A DNA stretch of 64,000 nt from Theionarchaea archaeon (GCA_018992685.1 JACVGT010000018.1:32001-96000), one strand, 5' to 3'; shown: positions 38,621-48,475, counted from the first letter of the stretch. The notes: generated by a model from the sequence alone, not told the origin. Program-made: numbers and translations.

Positions 38621-39300
38621 AAACCAGTTTTTGGGAAAGGGAAGCACTGTATGACCCTGATCACCAGAAACCCATCAGGTTAGTGAGGAATGTAGTAGCT
38701 GAGATGAGAAAGAGGGGAATGTCGGATGTTCTGGAAGTAGGATGTGGCAAAGGAAGAAACTGCCTCTACCTGGCCAGGAAAGGACTTAATGTGACTGGAG
38801 TGGATTCTGATTGCAGGACGTTGCTCTCTTTCCAGGAACTCTTGAGAGAGGAGGGGTTGTCTGCTGCCGTCGCCTGCGCCGATATATCAGCCCTGCCATT
38901 CATAGGAGAGTGCTTTGACCTGATTATGTTCATTCATGTCTTGACGTTCACGAGGGAATGTGCCCGCTGGAAAACTCTTGATGAAGCAAAGAGGGTTCTG
39001 AAACGTGGCGGCATCCTGGTCCTGGTGGAACGATCCCAAGGAGATCCTCTGTACCAAGAAGGCGTGCAGATAGAAAGAGATACCTACCGGTGCCAGGGGA
39101 TAACTCATCATTTTTTTTCCAAGGAAGAGCTGGACTCACTTCTATCTCCACTGAAAATCGCAATCATGCGAGAATCACGAACCATCGATACGAGCCACGG
39201 AAGCCCGCACGTTCATGGAATGTGGTTCTGTGTAGCAATTGATGAACCTCAGACGTCGTGCATGAAAGATTCCCTAATGGATATCAGTCATCAATGGTAA
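38617..39300 (+). CDS. Class I SAM-dependent methyltransferase
   Basis: VLEVGCGKGRN, GVD, ADISALPF, RVLKRGG; 4-bp overlap with the rSAM gene. Confidence 0.9.
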   Translation: MKTSFWEREALYDPDHQKPIRLVRNVVAEMRKRGMSDVLEVGCGKGRNCLYLARKGLNVTGVDSDCRTLLSFQELLREEGLSAAVACADISALPFIGECFDLIMFIHVLTFTRECARWKTLDEAKRVLKRGGILVLVERSQGDPLYQEGVQIERDTYRCQGITHHFFSKEELDSLLSPLKIAIMRESRTIDTSHGSPHVHGMWFCVAIDEPQTSCMKDSLMDISHQW

Positions 39301-39934
39301 GAGTAACGTCTTCCACTCTTTTCCTTGGAGGGCTTCGAGGATTGTGGGAGGGTTTCCCAACGGGTATCATGGCCAGTAATTCCCAGGGGTCCTCGACGTC
39401 AAACAACATTTCCAGTGAGTCCTTTGCCACGAAGGGAATGTTCATCCAGCATGCACCATAGCCCAGATCGTGGGCTGCCAGAAGGAGGTTCTCAATAGCA
39501 GCTGAGACACTGAGAATATTCACGTATCCAAACTGTCTGAAAGCTTCAAGTTCATCCATGCCCTGATTCGTGTAGCATTTCAAGAACGGGCTATCTTCTC
39601 TTTCCATCAAGACCACGAACACCACCGGAGCAGACCCAAAGAAGAGGGAAACAAGACGAAATCGCTTCTTGAGGGCTTCTGCTGTTTCTTCAGGATTCTC
39701 CACAACTCCCCTCAGGAGTGACTTCAGCTCAAAGCAGCTCTTCTTAATACATGCTACCATCTCCCTTTTTCGCTGCTCTGATTTCACCACGATGAATCTC
39801 CAGGGCTGCCTGTTGGCACCGCTGGGAGCCATGGTTGCTGCCTCAAGCATGGCGACAATGTCCTCCTGCGGGACAGGAGTTGGGTTGAACCTTCTGATGC
39901 TTTTCCTGGTCCTGATAGCATCAAGTGTTTCCAT
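39284..39934 (-). CDS. Nitroreductase family flavoprotein
   Basis: RKSIRRF, APSGANRQPWRF, ENLLLAAHDLGYGACW. Start corrected to ATG 39934. Confidence 0.92.
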   Translation of the reverse strand: METLDAIRTRKSIRRFNPTPVPQEDIVAMLEAATMAPSGANRQPWRFIVVKSEQRKREMVACIKKSCFELKSLLRGVVENPEETAEALKKRFRLVSLFFGSAPVVFVVLMEREDSPFLKCYTNQGMDELEAFRQFGYVNILSVSAAIENLLLAAHDLGYGACWMNIPFVAKDSLEMLFDVEDPWELLAMIPVGKPSHNPRSPPRKRVEDVTLTIDD

Positions 39935-41144
39935 GAGCACGTCTCCCCTCTCTGTATTCGGTATAAATGTTGTCCACTCGTTCCAGAACGTTCTGGGCAT
40001 CTTGTTCTGGATCGAAAGAGCACTGTGGATCTGGCATGAAAGGGTCTCCATATGCCCCATAAGAAATACAGGATGCACCTCCCATGCATGTGAAGTTAAG
40101 TCGGGTATCTGTGTTAAAGGGGCATTTTGAACACTTTCCTTTCATGTGTGCGTATTTTTTTCTCATTTTCCAGAGGAAAGAATGGTTCCACATTTCTTCA
40201 AAACTCTGGGTCAATAAATTCCCTACCACCACAGGCATTCTCCTGCAGGCATAGCAGGTACCGTCAGGCATCACTGCAATATACTTCTTTCCTACCTGAC
40301 AGTGGTTCCCATTCTTGTTGACTAGTGAAAACATGGAATCGAGACAGGTTCCTGTACACACTACGGGCCAGTCACACCGTAGCCGGTTGACAAATACGGC
40401 CTTTTCTTGGTTCACTGCTTTTTCAAATGCACTATCAGTGATGTTCCCCAACCAAGAATACAATGATTTAACCTCTTGCGAGGTAAGCAGCATGTCGTTC
40501 ATTTGCTTTCCCCTTCCGAAGGGAACCAGCCGGGTTACCAGTACATACTCAGCCCCCAGCTGTTCTGCAAGATCAGTAATCTCATATGCATCCTGATAGT
40601 TATTCTTGTGTACGACGAGATGAATGTGGAAAGGGATTCCTGCCTCCTGCAGACATCCAATTCCCTGAAGCGTTTTTTCAAAGGCGCCTCTTCCCCTGAC
40701 TCTGTCATGCGTCTCTGCACGGACTCCGTCCAGGCTTACCTGGACAAACCTCAGAACGTCGTAGGTTGCAAGGGTTTCAGCCACAGAACGATCCACCAAA
40801 GTGCCATTGGTGAGGACAGCGCCTGAAACAGGATGATTCTGGCTGTATGCCTGTAGATGATCCAGCAAGGGCCATACGCTTGGTGAAACCAGAGGTTCTC
40901 CTCCACTGAGGGGAACACGGGGCAACGCATGCCACTTTTCAACGGCTGTCAGAAACTTGTCCAGCATAGCAATCAACTGCTCAGTTGTGGCCTGGTAGGT
41001 GATGGACTCATCTTGATAGCAGTGGGTACAATGGAGGTTGCAGTTCTCAGTAATCTGGTATTGAAATGTGAATGAGTTCTCCAGTTGGTCAACTCTACGG
41101 ACTCCTCGTTCCTCGAGTTGAGATATTCCAGACACGTCTTTCAC
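39921..41144 (-). CDS. Radical SAM-SPASM protein
   Basis: CNLHCTHC, SGGEP, TNG, VSLDG; CQVG..PDGTCYAC..GKCSKC..CMGG..C..DPQC. Start set at GTG 41144 after GGTGA; the ORF track gives 41195. Confidence 0.9.
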   Translation of the reverse strand: MKDVSGISQLEERGVRRVDQLENSFTFQYQITENCNLHCTHCYQDESITYQATTEQLIAMLDKFLTAVEKWHALPRVPLSGGEPLVSPSVWPLLDHLQAYSQNHPVSGAVLTNGTLVDRSVAETLATYDVLRFVQVSLDGVRAETHDRVRGRGAFEKTLQGIGCLQEAGIPFHIHLVVHKNNYQDAYEITDLAEQLGAEYVLVTRLVPFGRGKQMNDMLLTSQEVKSLYSWLGNITDSAFEKAVNQEKAVFVNRLRCDWPVVCTGTCLDSMFSLVNKNGNHCQVGKKYIAVMPDGTCYACRRMPVVVGNLLTQSFEEMWNHSFLWKMRKKYAHMKGKCSKCPFNTDTRLNFTCMGGASCISYGAYGDPFMPDPQCSFDPEQDAQNVLERVDNIYTEYREGRRAHGNT

Positions 41145-41175
41145 AAGAATCACCAGCTTATCTGGCCCACTAACG

Positions 41176-41186
41176 TTTATATATTT
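41176..41186. promoter_or_regulatory. Shared TATA element between the divergent rSAM and glycosyltransferase genes
   Basis: TTTATATATTT is the only AT box in the 60 nt between the two inferred starts. Confidence 0.55.
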
Positions 41187-41204
41187 AGTCCCCATAATGC
41201 CCGC

Positions 41205-42380
41205 ATGCAGGTGTTATTCGTTTCTAAGTATCCCCCTATTGAAGGATTTGTGTCTTCTTATGCCTATTGGTTGGCTAGAGGTCTGGGAGAACGAGGGCAC
41301 CAGGTTTTTGTTGCTACCAATGCCCAGGAAGTTGATACCAAATACAGAGAAGATGTTTCTTTGGAAGACCCGTCCCTGATACCAAAAGGAGTGACCCTAC
41401 GTCTCACGTGTGAGGACAAAACTCTGGGGTGTATTCCCTATTTCAATCCTTTCACTGAGAAATTGGCCTCTCTTGCTCTGGATTGCATTGATGAGCACGG
41501 TATTTCCCTTATTGATTCATGGTACCTCATGCCGTACGGGATTGCTGGATTGATGGTCAGCCTGCTTTCAGGACTGCCCCTCGTGGGGAGAGTGGCTGGC
41601 ACAGATGGAGAAAGAATGTGTCGCTCACCTCAATTTAACAGACTTGCGCTCTCATTTTTTGAGCATTGTTCACAGATTGTTGGAAATTTCAAAGCGATTC
41701 CCTCTATAACTCCGGAAATTCAGAAAAAGATGATTCCTCACGGGATTGTGCTGCATCCTTCATTCATAGAGGAGAGATCTCCTCTGGATCTGTCAGGATA
41801 TCCTCAATACGTCGAGGGAATTCCTGTCATTACCTTTATAGGAAAGGCAACGTCATTCAAGGGATTTTTTCCCCTTGTTGACGCACTCTCGCAGATACCA
41901 GACCCGTTTCTCTTTTTGGTAGTTTCTAACGGACCTGAATCCTTTCAATTCACAGAGCATGTAAGGAATCGAAACCTTGAAGAGAGAACACTTTTCCTCC
42001 CTTTCCAACCTCCCTGGAAGATGCCTGCAGTATACCGCTCTTCCACCGTAGTGGCTTGTCTGGAACATGGAAATTTGATACAAAGAGCTCCCATTGTGCC
42101 AAGGGAAGCTGCCTCCTGTGGACGCTGCACAGTAATCAGCCCTGAAATCCATTCAAAAGGACACTATCGCCTCCTGGAAAATGGGGTCCATACCGTGATT
42201 GCAGATCCTGATGATCCGGAGGGCCTCAGGAGTGCAGTCCATGATCTGATTTCTCACCCAGAAAAGGCTGATGTCATCGGACAAGGCGGACATGACTTTT
42301 TTTCCCGGCTGGACAATCCAAGAAATCACAGCACATATATTGATGGTATCCTGGACATGTACAGAAGAATCTGCGAATAG
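41205..42380 (+). CDS. GT4-like glycosyltransferase
   Basis: MQVLFVSKYPPIEG..S..YWLARGLGERGHQV, FIGK...KG, EAASCG. Start corrected to ATG 41205. Confidence 0.85.
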   Translation: MQVLFVSKYPPIEGFVSSYAYWLARGLGERGHQVFVATNAQEVDTKYREDVSLEDPSLIPKGVTLRLTCEDKTLGCIPYFNPFTEKLASLALDCIDEHGISLIDSWYLMPYGIAGLMVSLLSGLPLVGRVAGTDGERMCRSPQFNRLALSFFEHCSQIVGNFKAIPSITPEIQKKMIPHGIVLHPSFIEERSPLDLSGYPQYVEGIPVITFIGKATSFKGFFPLVDALSQIPDPFLFLVVSNGPESFQFTEHVRNRNLEERTLFLPFQPPWKMPAVYRSSTVVACLEHGNLIQRAPIVPREAASCGRCTVISPEIHSKGHYRLLENGVHTVIADPDDPEGLRSAVHDLISHPEKADVIGQGGHDFFSRLDNPRNHSTYIDGILDMYRRICE

Positions 42381-42497
42381 AGTCTACAGGGGAAGAATAC
42401 GGCTGTACTGGTGATCCACACCATTTGAAAGTGGTTTGCTCATCAGTTCCCAGAAAATATACAAAGAGAACCTTCAGAACTGTATCTCCTGAGTTTC

Positions 42498-42626
42498 TTA
42501 TTTCATCTTCCTGAATTTCTTGATCATTTCCCCTATCAGCGGGTAGTACACATTCAGTGCCTGGCGAGAAAAGGTACAATCCGGCTTGGTCAGGTCTCCT
42601 TTCTCATGGGACGCATGATGAGAGGG
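42498..42626 (-). pseudogene. 3' remnant of a further radical SAM-SPASM gene
   Basis: Manual translation gives PSHHASHEKGDLTKPDCTFSRQALNVYYPLIGEMIKKFRKMK-stop, with no start codon. It aligns with the C-termini of the two paralogous rSAMs. Confidence 0.6.
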
Positions 42627-42704
42627 TCATCAGGGGCTGAAAGGTTGAAAGCTCTAAGAAAGAATAGATGAATTCTGGTTATGACAACCGATTGATGCCT
42701 GAAT

Positions 42705-44627
42705 TCAAATCCGGGGTACATATTTACGTCCCATCAAGAACAGAAACCCGATGAATAATCCAGCCAGTTGTACCTCAAGCAGTCCATGTCTTCTGGAATC
42801 AGTCCACTCAGGCACATCTTTTGGCACTACCTGATCTCCCAGTGCTTCAAATTCTTCTCTTGTCATGTAATGTATCACGGGATGGTAATGACCCATAATC
42901 CCCGGGCTATTCTCACCAACAAGAGTGACATCATATGCATCTTGAGACCACGCCCCGGTAGCCCAGGGAATATTGTTGCTATCGGGAGCTGCCTCCGGGA
43001 GATGCCACTCAGGAACAACACTCATCCACCTGAGAACTATGACCTGATGTGAAGAAGGACCCCATTCCTGCCAGGTGATACCATTTTCCTCTCGAGCATT
43101 TGCTGGCTTCTCTTCTTCTCGCGAAAATACTATGATGTATTCATTGTCCTCATTGGTGAGAATCTCGTCATCCATGAGACTCCCGTGAGGGACAGAGGTG
43201 TAGATGCTCTTTCCTAATCCACCACTTCCCTGTTGATGCGTGAACGAGAAGTACCGCACTTCACTTCCTGTCATGGTTCTCTGACCCTGGCGGGTCTTTG
43301 GAAACTCTGGCAATCGTCCTGTGAGGACAATCACCTTGTCCTCGCCAAGCGCAATTGGACGCAGCAGGTATGAGACATAGTTGCAGCATGTTGCTCCACA
43401 CTCGAAGTTTCCTGGGGGATCAGCAGATGCACCCCGATTCCATAGGAGGCGGAAAAAGTCGCGAATCTCTTTTCGTGTGGTTTTTACATCGGTTCTCCCC
43501 CACGGGTTGGAGCTGATGTAGCCTTGCGCTTCCAGCATGGCAAGATCGATTCCAAACATTTTGAACCAGCCCAGTGTGGGCCCCTCAAAAACGTAAGGTT
43601 CAAAAGGGGAGACGGGCCTGTTGGGGACGAGAGCTGTCTGATCTTCAACAGCCTTTGATTTATCACATGTTATCCAGAATTTCTCACCTGTGGGCAGCTG
43701 GAGGGTGGCCCTGGGCCATTGTACGCCGCCAAAAGGCTCTCTATCTTGATCGGGGGCATAGATCCGAAGCCAGAGAACAGAAGGAACCAAAACATTATTA
43801 CCCCAGGGTCCAGCAAATCCAAAAGGACTTCCCACGCGCGTGTTGCCTGGTGCACGGTAGTCAGGTGGGCTCATGACGTCTGGATTCAAGTCTACAGCAT
43901 TCCCGATTCTTAGCTCAAAAGTGACTTGATAATGTCTTTTTTCACCAGTCCTGTCAGCACCTACCCTGAAGGGATTGGTATGCCCAGGGTCAGGCTCAAT
44001 ATCTACATCCACCAGTGGGACCTCACACACTCCCATGTTGCCGGTAACTGGATGAAGTGGGTCAAAGGGCTGCAGAATCTGGTAGTTCATGAAACGGCAG
44101 TGAGGGAAATCGCCTTCTATCAATAGTTTCGAGTTGAAAGGAGCAATGAAAATGAGTTTCAGATACGTAACGTGAGGATCAGGAGAGCTTTGATGAAGTT
44201 CCTCTGTAGGATCGTACATTTCGAGAGCATACCACTGATCTTCCGGTGTTATCTGGTCAGGAGTTACCAGTGTCCAGGTATGCGTTTTTTCACTGTCGAT
44301 ATAGGCAGGAAGCAGCCCATCAGGAAATTCGGCATCAGCCTCACCATCAAGCCATCGGTAGATGTAGTCCTGCAATGATTGGGAGAGAGTTTCAGCTTCC
44401 TCAAGAGCGCGCCTGCAGTATGTATCTCTGTCTTTCTGGCTTTCCAGTGCACACTGTAATCGTTCTTCACCCGTCATGGAGGGGAGATCCTGGTATGTCC
44501 ATTGTGTATCGGGGAAGAGAACCTCATTTTCAGGAGAGGATCTTTTGTCCTGAGAGATACAACCGCATAAGAGAAACCCCAGTAGAATGAGGGCGCATTT
44601 CCTGTTCATAGTTGCCATTTCCTGCAA
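42705..44627 (-). CDS. Hypothetical lipoprotein/surface protein
   Basis: LCGC lipobox, 640-aa ORF, C-terminal hydrophobic segment followed by basic residues. Confidence 0.75.
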   Translation of the reverse strand: MQEMATMNRKCALILLGFLLCGCISQDKRSSPENEVLFPDTQWTYQDLPSMTGEERLQCALESQKDRDTYCRRALEEAETLSQSLQDYIYRWLDGEADAEFPDGLLPAYIDSEKTHTWTLVTPDQITPEDQWYALEMYDPTEELHQSSPDPHVTYLKLIFIAPFNSKLLIEGDFPHCRFMNYQILQPFDPLHPVTGNMGVCEVPLVDVDIEPDPGHTNPFRVGADRTGEKRHYQVTFELRIGNAVDLNPDVMSPPDYRAPGNTRVGSPFGFAGPWGNNVLVPSVLWLRIYAPDQDREPFGGVQWPRATLQLPTGEKFWITCDKSKAVEDQTALVPNRPVSPFEPYVFEGPTLGWFKMFGIDLAMLEAQGYISSNPWGRTDVKTTRKEIRDFFRLLWNRGASADPPGNFECGATCCNYVSYLLRPIALGEDKVIVLTGRLPEFPKTRQGQRTMTGSEVRYFSFTHQQGSGGLGKSIYTSVPHGSLMDDEILTNEDNEYIIVFSREEEKPANAREENGITWQEWGPSSHQVIVLRWMSVVPEWHLPEAAPDSNNIPWATGAWSQDAYDVTLVGENSPGIMGHYHPVIHYMTREEFEALGDQVVPKDVPEWTDSRRHGLLEVQLAGLFIGFLFLMGRKYVPRI

Positions 44628-44782
44628 TACTCTTAAGCCTTTTGTTTGGTGACTGCTGCTGGCCTGCTATCGTGGGACACCATCCCTCATCCCACACTGA
44701 TCTTCATCCCTCTTCTGAAATAGTCTTCTCTTTGTGGCCAGAAGACAGCAACCCTTTATAGTGGTATTCTGCATTCTACTGT

Positions 44783-45436
44783 ATGAAAATCGAAGAGCGT
44801 GTGAAAAGCACTTTTCCTGACCTGATTCTGCTGACAACAACATTTGAGGATGTGATAGTAAAATCGGAAAGTGAAGAACTAGAAAAATTTAAAACTGGAT
44901 TCATTTCGAGGATCAAATCTCAGTATGATATCGAAACGCTGAAAGATATACTGGAACTCCGATTGTACCGTGATTTTTTCTGGAAGATCGGGATAGATCC
45001 CACCAAGACCAGACCTGCCTCAGAAGCTTTGATACGAAGAGTGATCCAAGGGAACCCCCTCCCTCGGATCAACACGTTGGTAGATGCGTACAACCTGGCC
45101 TCAATGGAAACACGGGTTCCTCTGGCAGCATTTGACACGAAAGCACTTTCGGGAGAGCTGGTACTCCGGTTTGCTGACAAGGGTGAGGAGTTTACAGGTA
45201 TCGGCATGAAGAGTCCAGTTGTGCTGGAGGGAAATGAACTGGTGATTGAAGCGGGAGATGAGGTCATAGCACTGTATCCTCATCGGGATGCAGACAGAAG
45301 CAAGATAACTCTGTCAACTAGAGATGTACTCATTGTTGTCTGTGGAGCTCCCGGCATTCCTGTGGAAACGTTAAGAAAAGCTCAGAAGGTTGCTGAGGAA
45401 TACATTAGCACGTTTTGTGGTGGCAGGTTTTCATAG
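44783..45436 (+). CDS. B3/B4 domain protein (PheRS beta editing-like)
   Basis: YRDFFWKIGIDPTKTRPASEAL.RR, INTLVDAYN, AFD. Confidence 0.9.
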   Translation: MKIEERVKSTFPDLILLTTTFEDVIVKSESEELEKFKTGFISRIKSQYDIETLKDILELRLYRDFFWKIGIDPTKTRPASEALIRRVIQGNPLPRINTLVDAYNLASMETRVPLAAFDTKALSGELVLRFADKGEEFTGIGMKSPVVLEGNELVIEAGDEVIALYPHRDADRSKITLSTRDVLIVVCGAPGIPVETLRKAQKVAEEYISTFCGGRFS

Positions 45437-45606
45437 AGGCGCCTCACCATCTGTGATACGTTCCACAGGCAGAATCATATCGGGATGAATTGCACCACAA
45501 CAAACCGCTCAACTCCTGGACACCATGCTCTTGTGAGATGCACGGTCCAGGTGGGTGTCACTTATCTCCACCAAAATCATTTATACCTTGTAACAGAGGA
45601 TACATC

Positions 45607-47685
45607 ATGAAGAGACTCCTCATACTTTCCATTCTTGTTCTAGGAATCTCATCTGTTGTTTCTCAGCTGGTCGTGGTGAGAGAATTTCTGGCAGTTTTTG
45701 GCGGAAATGAACTCATATTTGGAATAATCTTGGGCAACTGGACCTTGCTAACTGGAATTGGGAGCTATCTGGGAAAGAAAGTCAACCCTTCTCAGCGTGC
45801 ACTGATATTCCTGCACATAGGTCTGGGTGTCCTCCCCCTAACCCAGCTCGTACTCTTAAGGGTGACTAAGACCATACTCTTCATTTCTGGAGAAGTAGCT
45901 GACCCGACAGAACTTTTCGTCTGGTCGTGTGCATTATTGGCACCTCTCTGCCTCATAGCAGGTAGTTTCCTGGTTGTGGCCTGCTCGCTGTATGCACAGA
46001 AGAGAAAACCCTCCGACATTGGGAGTGTGTATATTATTGACAGCCTGGGTGACATTGCAGGTGGGGCCCTTTTCAGTTTCCTTCTGGTGTATTTCCTTAG
46101 CCAGATCCAGATTGTCTATGTTCTCTTAGTAGCAAACGTGAGTATGGCTCTTATTACGTCCTTTTCTTCACGATCAAAACTGGCCCTGGTCTGTGCTGTC
46201 ATTCTGGTGGGTCTGGGAGTAATTACCACTGGTGTAGATCTCAATCATATGACAGTCCAGGCACTGTACCCGGGCCAGTCTATCCTTCACCAGGAATCCT
46301 CACTGTACGGTAATATTGTGGTCACACAACTGGAAAGCCAGACTACCATGTACGAGAATGGCACTCCCTTCTTTTCTACAGGAGATGTAATGGCTCGAGA
46401 AGAAACTGTCCACTACGCCATGATCCAGCGGGATAAAAACGTCTACACCGTCTTGCTCCTGGGCGGGGGAGCCTCAGGCACTATCCAAGAAGTCCTCAAG
46501 TATCCCGCTGCTCTGGATTATGTGGAATTGGACCCCTCAATCATTACCATATCACAGATGTACACTGGAAATCTATCTGGTGCCAACGTTTTCGAGATGG
46601 ATGCCAGAAAGTACGTCAAAGAAGCCAGTACAGCGTATGATGTCATCATTGTAGATGTCCCTGATCCTGATTCAGCACAGATTAATAGGCTGTACACCGT
46701 GGAATTCTTCCGTGAAACAAAGAAAATCCTTGCAGAAAATGGCATATTCAGCACCAGTGTGAGTGCATCGCCTAATTACATGGGGGAACATACTCGAAAA
46801 CTAAATTCTTCTTTATATCGTAGTTTAAAGTCCGTCTTCGAGAATGTCATCATTATTCCTGGCAACAACATTTATTTCCTGGCATCCGATGGTAACTTAA
46901 CCTATGATATTGCCCAGAAAATTGAAGAAAAAGGCATCCTCACTCAATACGTTAACAAATACTACTTGTCAGGTGTCATAACTGAAGATAGGATTGAGAT
47001 GGTTCTTGCCTCTGCAGCAGAAAATGTAGCTGAAAATACAGATTTTAGCCCTCACGCATATTACTACTACCTCTCGTTCTGGATGAGTCAGTTTCGTAGC
47101 CATTTTCTTGTGTTCCTGGCAATGGTGGTCATACTCGTGATAATTCTTTCTGTACGTATTGCCACTCACCCCGTTCCCCTTGCTCTAGTAACTGCTGGGT
47201 TTGCGGGCACTGCGCTGGAAGTAGTTCTGGTTCTGGGATTCCAAATTCTCTATGGATACGTGTATTCCCACATAGGAATCTTGATCACCTCATTCTTGAT
47301 AGGGCTAGCTGGAGGCGCTTTCTATGTCAACAGAACTCCAAGTATTTCACAGAAGCACTATCTGGTGATTCTGGAGGGACTGTTGGCTGGCTTTGCTGTT
47401 CTTATAGGGATTATTCTTCCACATCTGACAAGAACCTCTTTTCCTGTGATAGTTGGAATAGTGGGGGCCCTGATAGGGTCTGAATTCCCTTTAGCTTCCC
47501 GGCTATACTACAAAGATATCCGGGTCACGGCAGCAGCCCTCTTCAGCGCAGATCTCTTGGGGGGATGTCTAGGTGCCCTCATGGTCAGCACACTGCTGAT
47601 ACCTGTACTGGGAGTGATCAAGGTGTGTCTCCTGGTGGGAACCCTGTCCTTCATGAGTGCACTCCTTGTTTTGTGGAAAGGATAG
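45607..47685 (+). CDS. Fused membrane domain / spermidine synthase-like protein
   Basis: TM-rich ends; central LLLGGGASG, VELDP, DAR.Y, YDVIIVD.PDP, LYTVEFF. Start ATG 45607. Confidence 0.85.
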   Translation: MKRLLILSILVLGISSVVSQLVVVREFLAVFGGNELIFGIILGNWTLLTGIGSYLGKKVNPSQRALIFLHIGLGVLPLTQLVLLRVTKTILFISGEVADPTELFVWSCALLAPLCLIAGSFLVVACSLYAQKRKPSDIGSVYIIDSLGDIAGGALFSFLLVYFLSQIQIVYVLLVANVSMALITSFSSRSKLALVCAVILVGLGVITTGVDLNHMTVQALYPGQSILHQESSLYGNIVVTQLESQTTMYENGTPFFSTGDVMAREETVHYAMIQRDKNVYTVLLLGGGASGTIQEVLKYPAALDYVELDPSIITISQMYTGNLSGANVFEMDARKYVKEASTAYDVIIVDVPDPDSAQINRLYTVEFFRETKKILAENGIFSTSVSASPNYMGEHTRKLNSSLYRSLKSVFENVIIIPGNNIYFLASDGNLTYDIAQKIEEKGILTQYVNKYYLSGVITEDRIEMVLASAAENVAENTDFSPHAYYYYLSFWMSQFRSHFLVFLAMVVILVIILSVRIATHPVPLALVTAGFAGTALEVVLVLGFQILYGYVYSHIGILITSFLIGLAGGAFYVNRTPSISQKHYLVILEGLLAGFAVLIGIILPHLTRTSFPVIVGIVGALIGSEFPLASRLYYKDIRVTAAALFSADLLGGCLGALMVSTLLIPVLGVIKVCLLVGTLSFMSALLVLWKG

Positions 47686-48134
47686 TCACATTTCTCACTT
47701 CTGTACAGTTCCTACTTTGGGACGAATGATGCATTTTCCTAAAACCACGCAAAAGATGGACTTTGTGCTTACAAGCATTCGTTACGAATGATTTGGATTA
47801 TTCTTTCCATTTTGAGAAATTCTAATCCAGATAACAACCAGGTAGCATTGAATAGTGCAGTCTACTTATTTTCTTCCTACACTGAATTGATAGAACTTAT
47901 TAAATGCTAAAATAGACAAATGATCTTTAAAAGTGAAATAATTAAACTAATGTTTTTAAAAAATAATATTAAGGAATTAAGACGATTTAAACCAGTATAG
48001 AAAAGTTTATATACCCCCATTGTTATGAAAGGTTGTCACTCTATGGCCAAGGGCAGATAGAAGGACATTCATCGCTTCAAACTGCAATCAAGCCAGAAAG
48101 GACATGCATCACTGGGAAATCGAGGTGATAAAAA

Positions 48135-48188
48135 ATGTCCAACAAGAAGTCTGAGAAGAAGACAGGGAAAGAAAAAAAGAAGTGCTAA
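48135..48188 (+). CDS. Putative 17-aa basic micropeptide MSNKKSEKKTGKEKKKC
   Basis: GAGGTGA RBS just upstream, AAAAGTTTATATA promoter at 48001-48013, T-rich tract downstream. Confidence 0.45.
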   Translation: MSNKKSEKKTGKEKKKC

Positions 48189-48475
48189 TGTGATTAGCCA
48201 ATTCTTGTTCTCTATGTAAGCTTTCTTATTCCTTTTTTTCCTTTTTGAATTCCAGATACCCTCCAGCTGACTTTTATCAGGCAGATGACCCGGTTCACCT
48301 GGTTCATCATGACAGATTCTTCCTCGAATGTGTGTTGCTGGAACATCCCTCCCAGTATTTAGGCAAATAGAAGCCCAACCCTTGAAAGAAAGCCGTGAAG
48401 AGGTTCTCCTTGTTGCAGGAGACCGAAGTGAGATGTGAGCACAAACCTTAAATAGGAAGTCGCCTCTACCAACAC

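Noticed and set aside
39284-39934. Nitroreductase as evidence of azole (TOMM) biosynthesis
   Set aside because: There is no YcaO in the window and the motifs are those of a generic nitroreductase.
42627-42632. TGA TGA before the rSAM remnant as selenocysteine readthrough
   Set aside because: The upstream frame (FSP) does not restore the CGGGC motif, so a breakpoint is the simpler explanation.
47690-48020. AT-rich region as a replication origin
   Set aside because: No ORB-like TCCA.TGGAAA repeats here and no cdc6 nearby. The partial matches near 22632 and 60052 are isolated.
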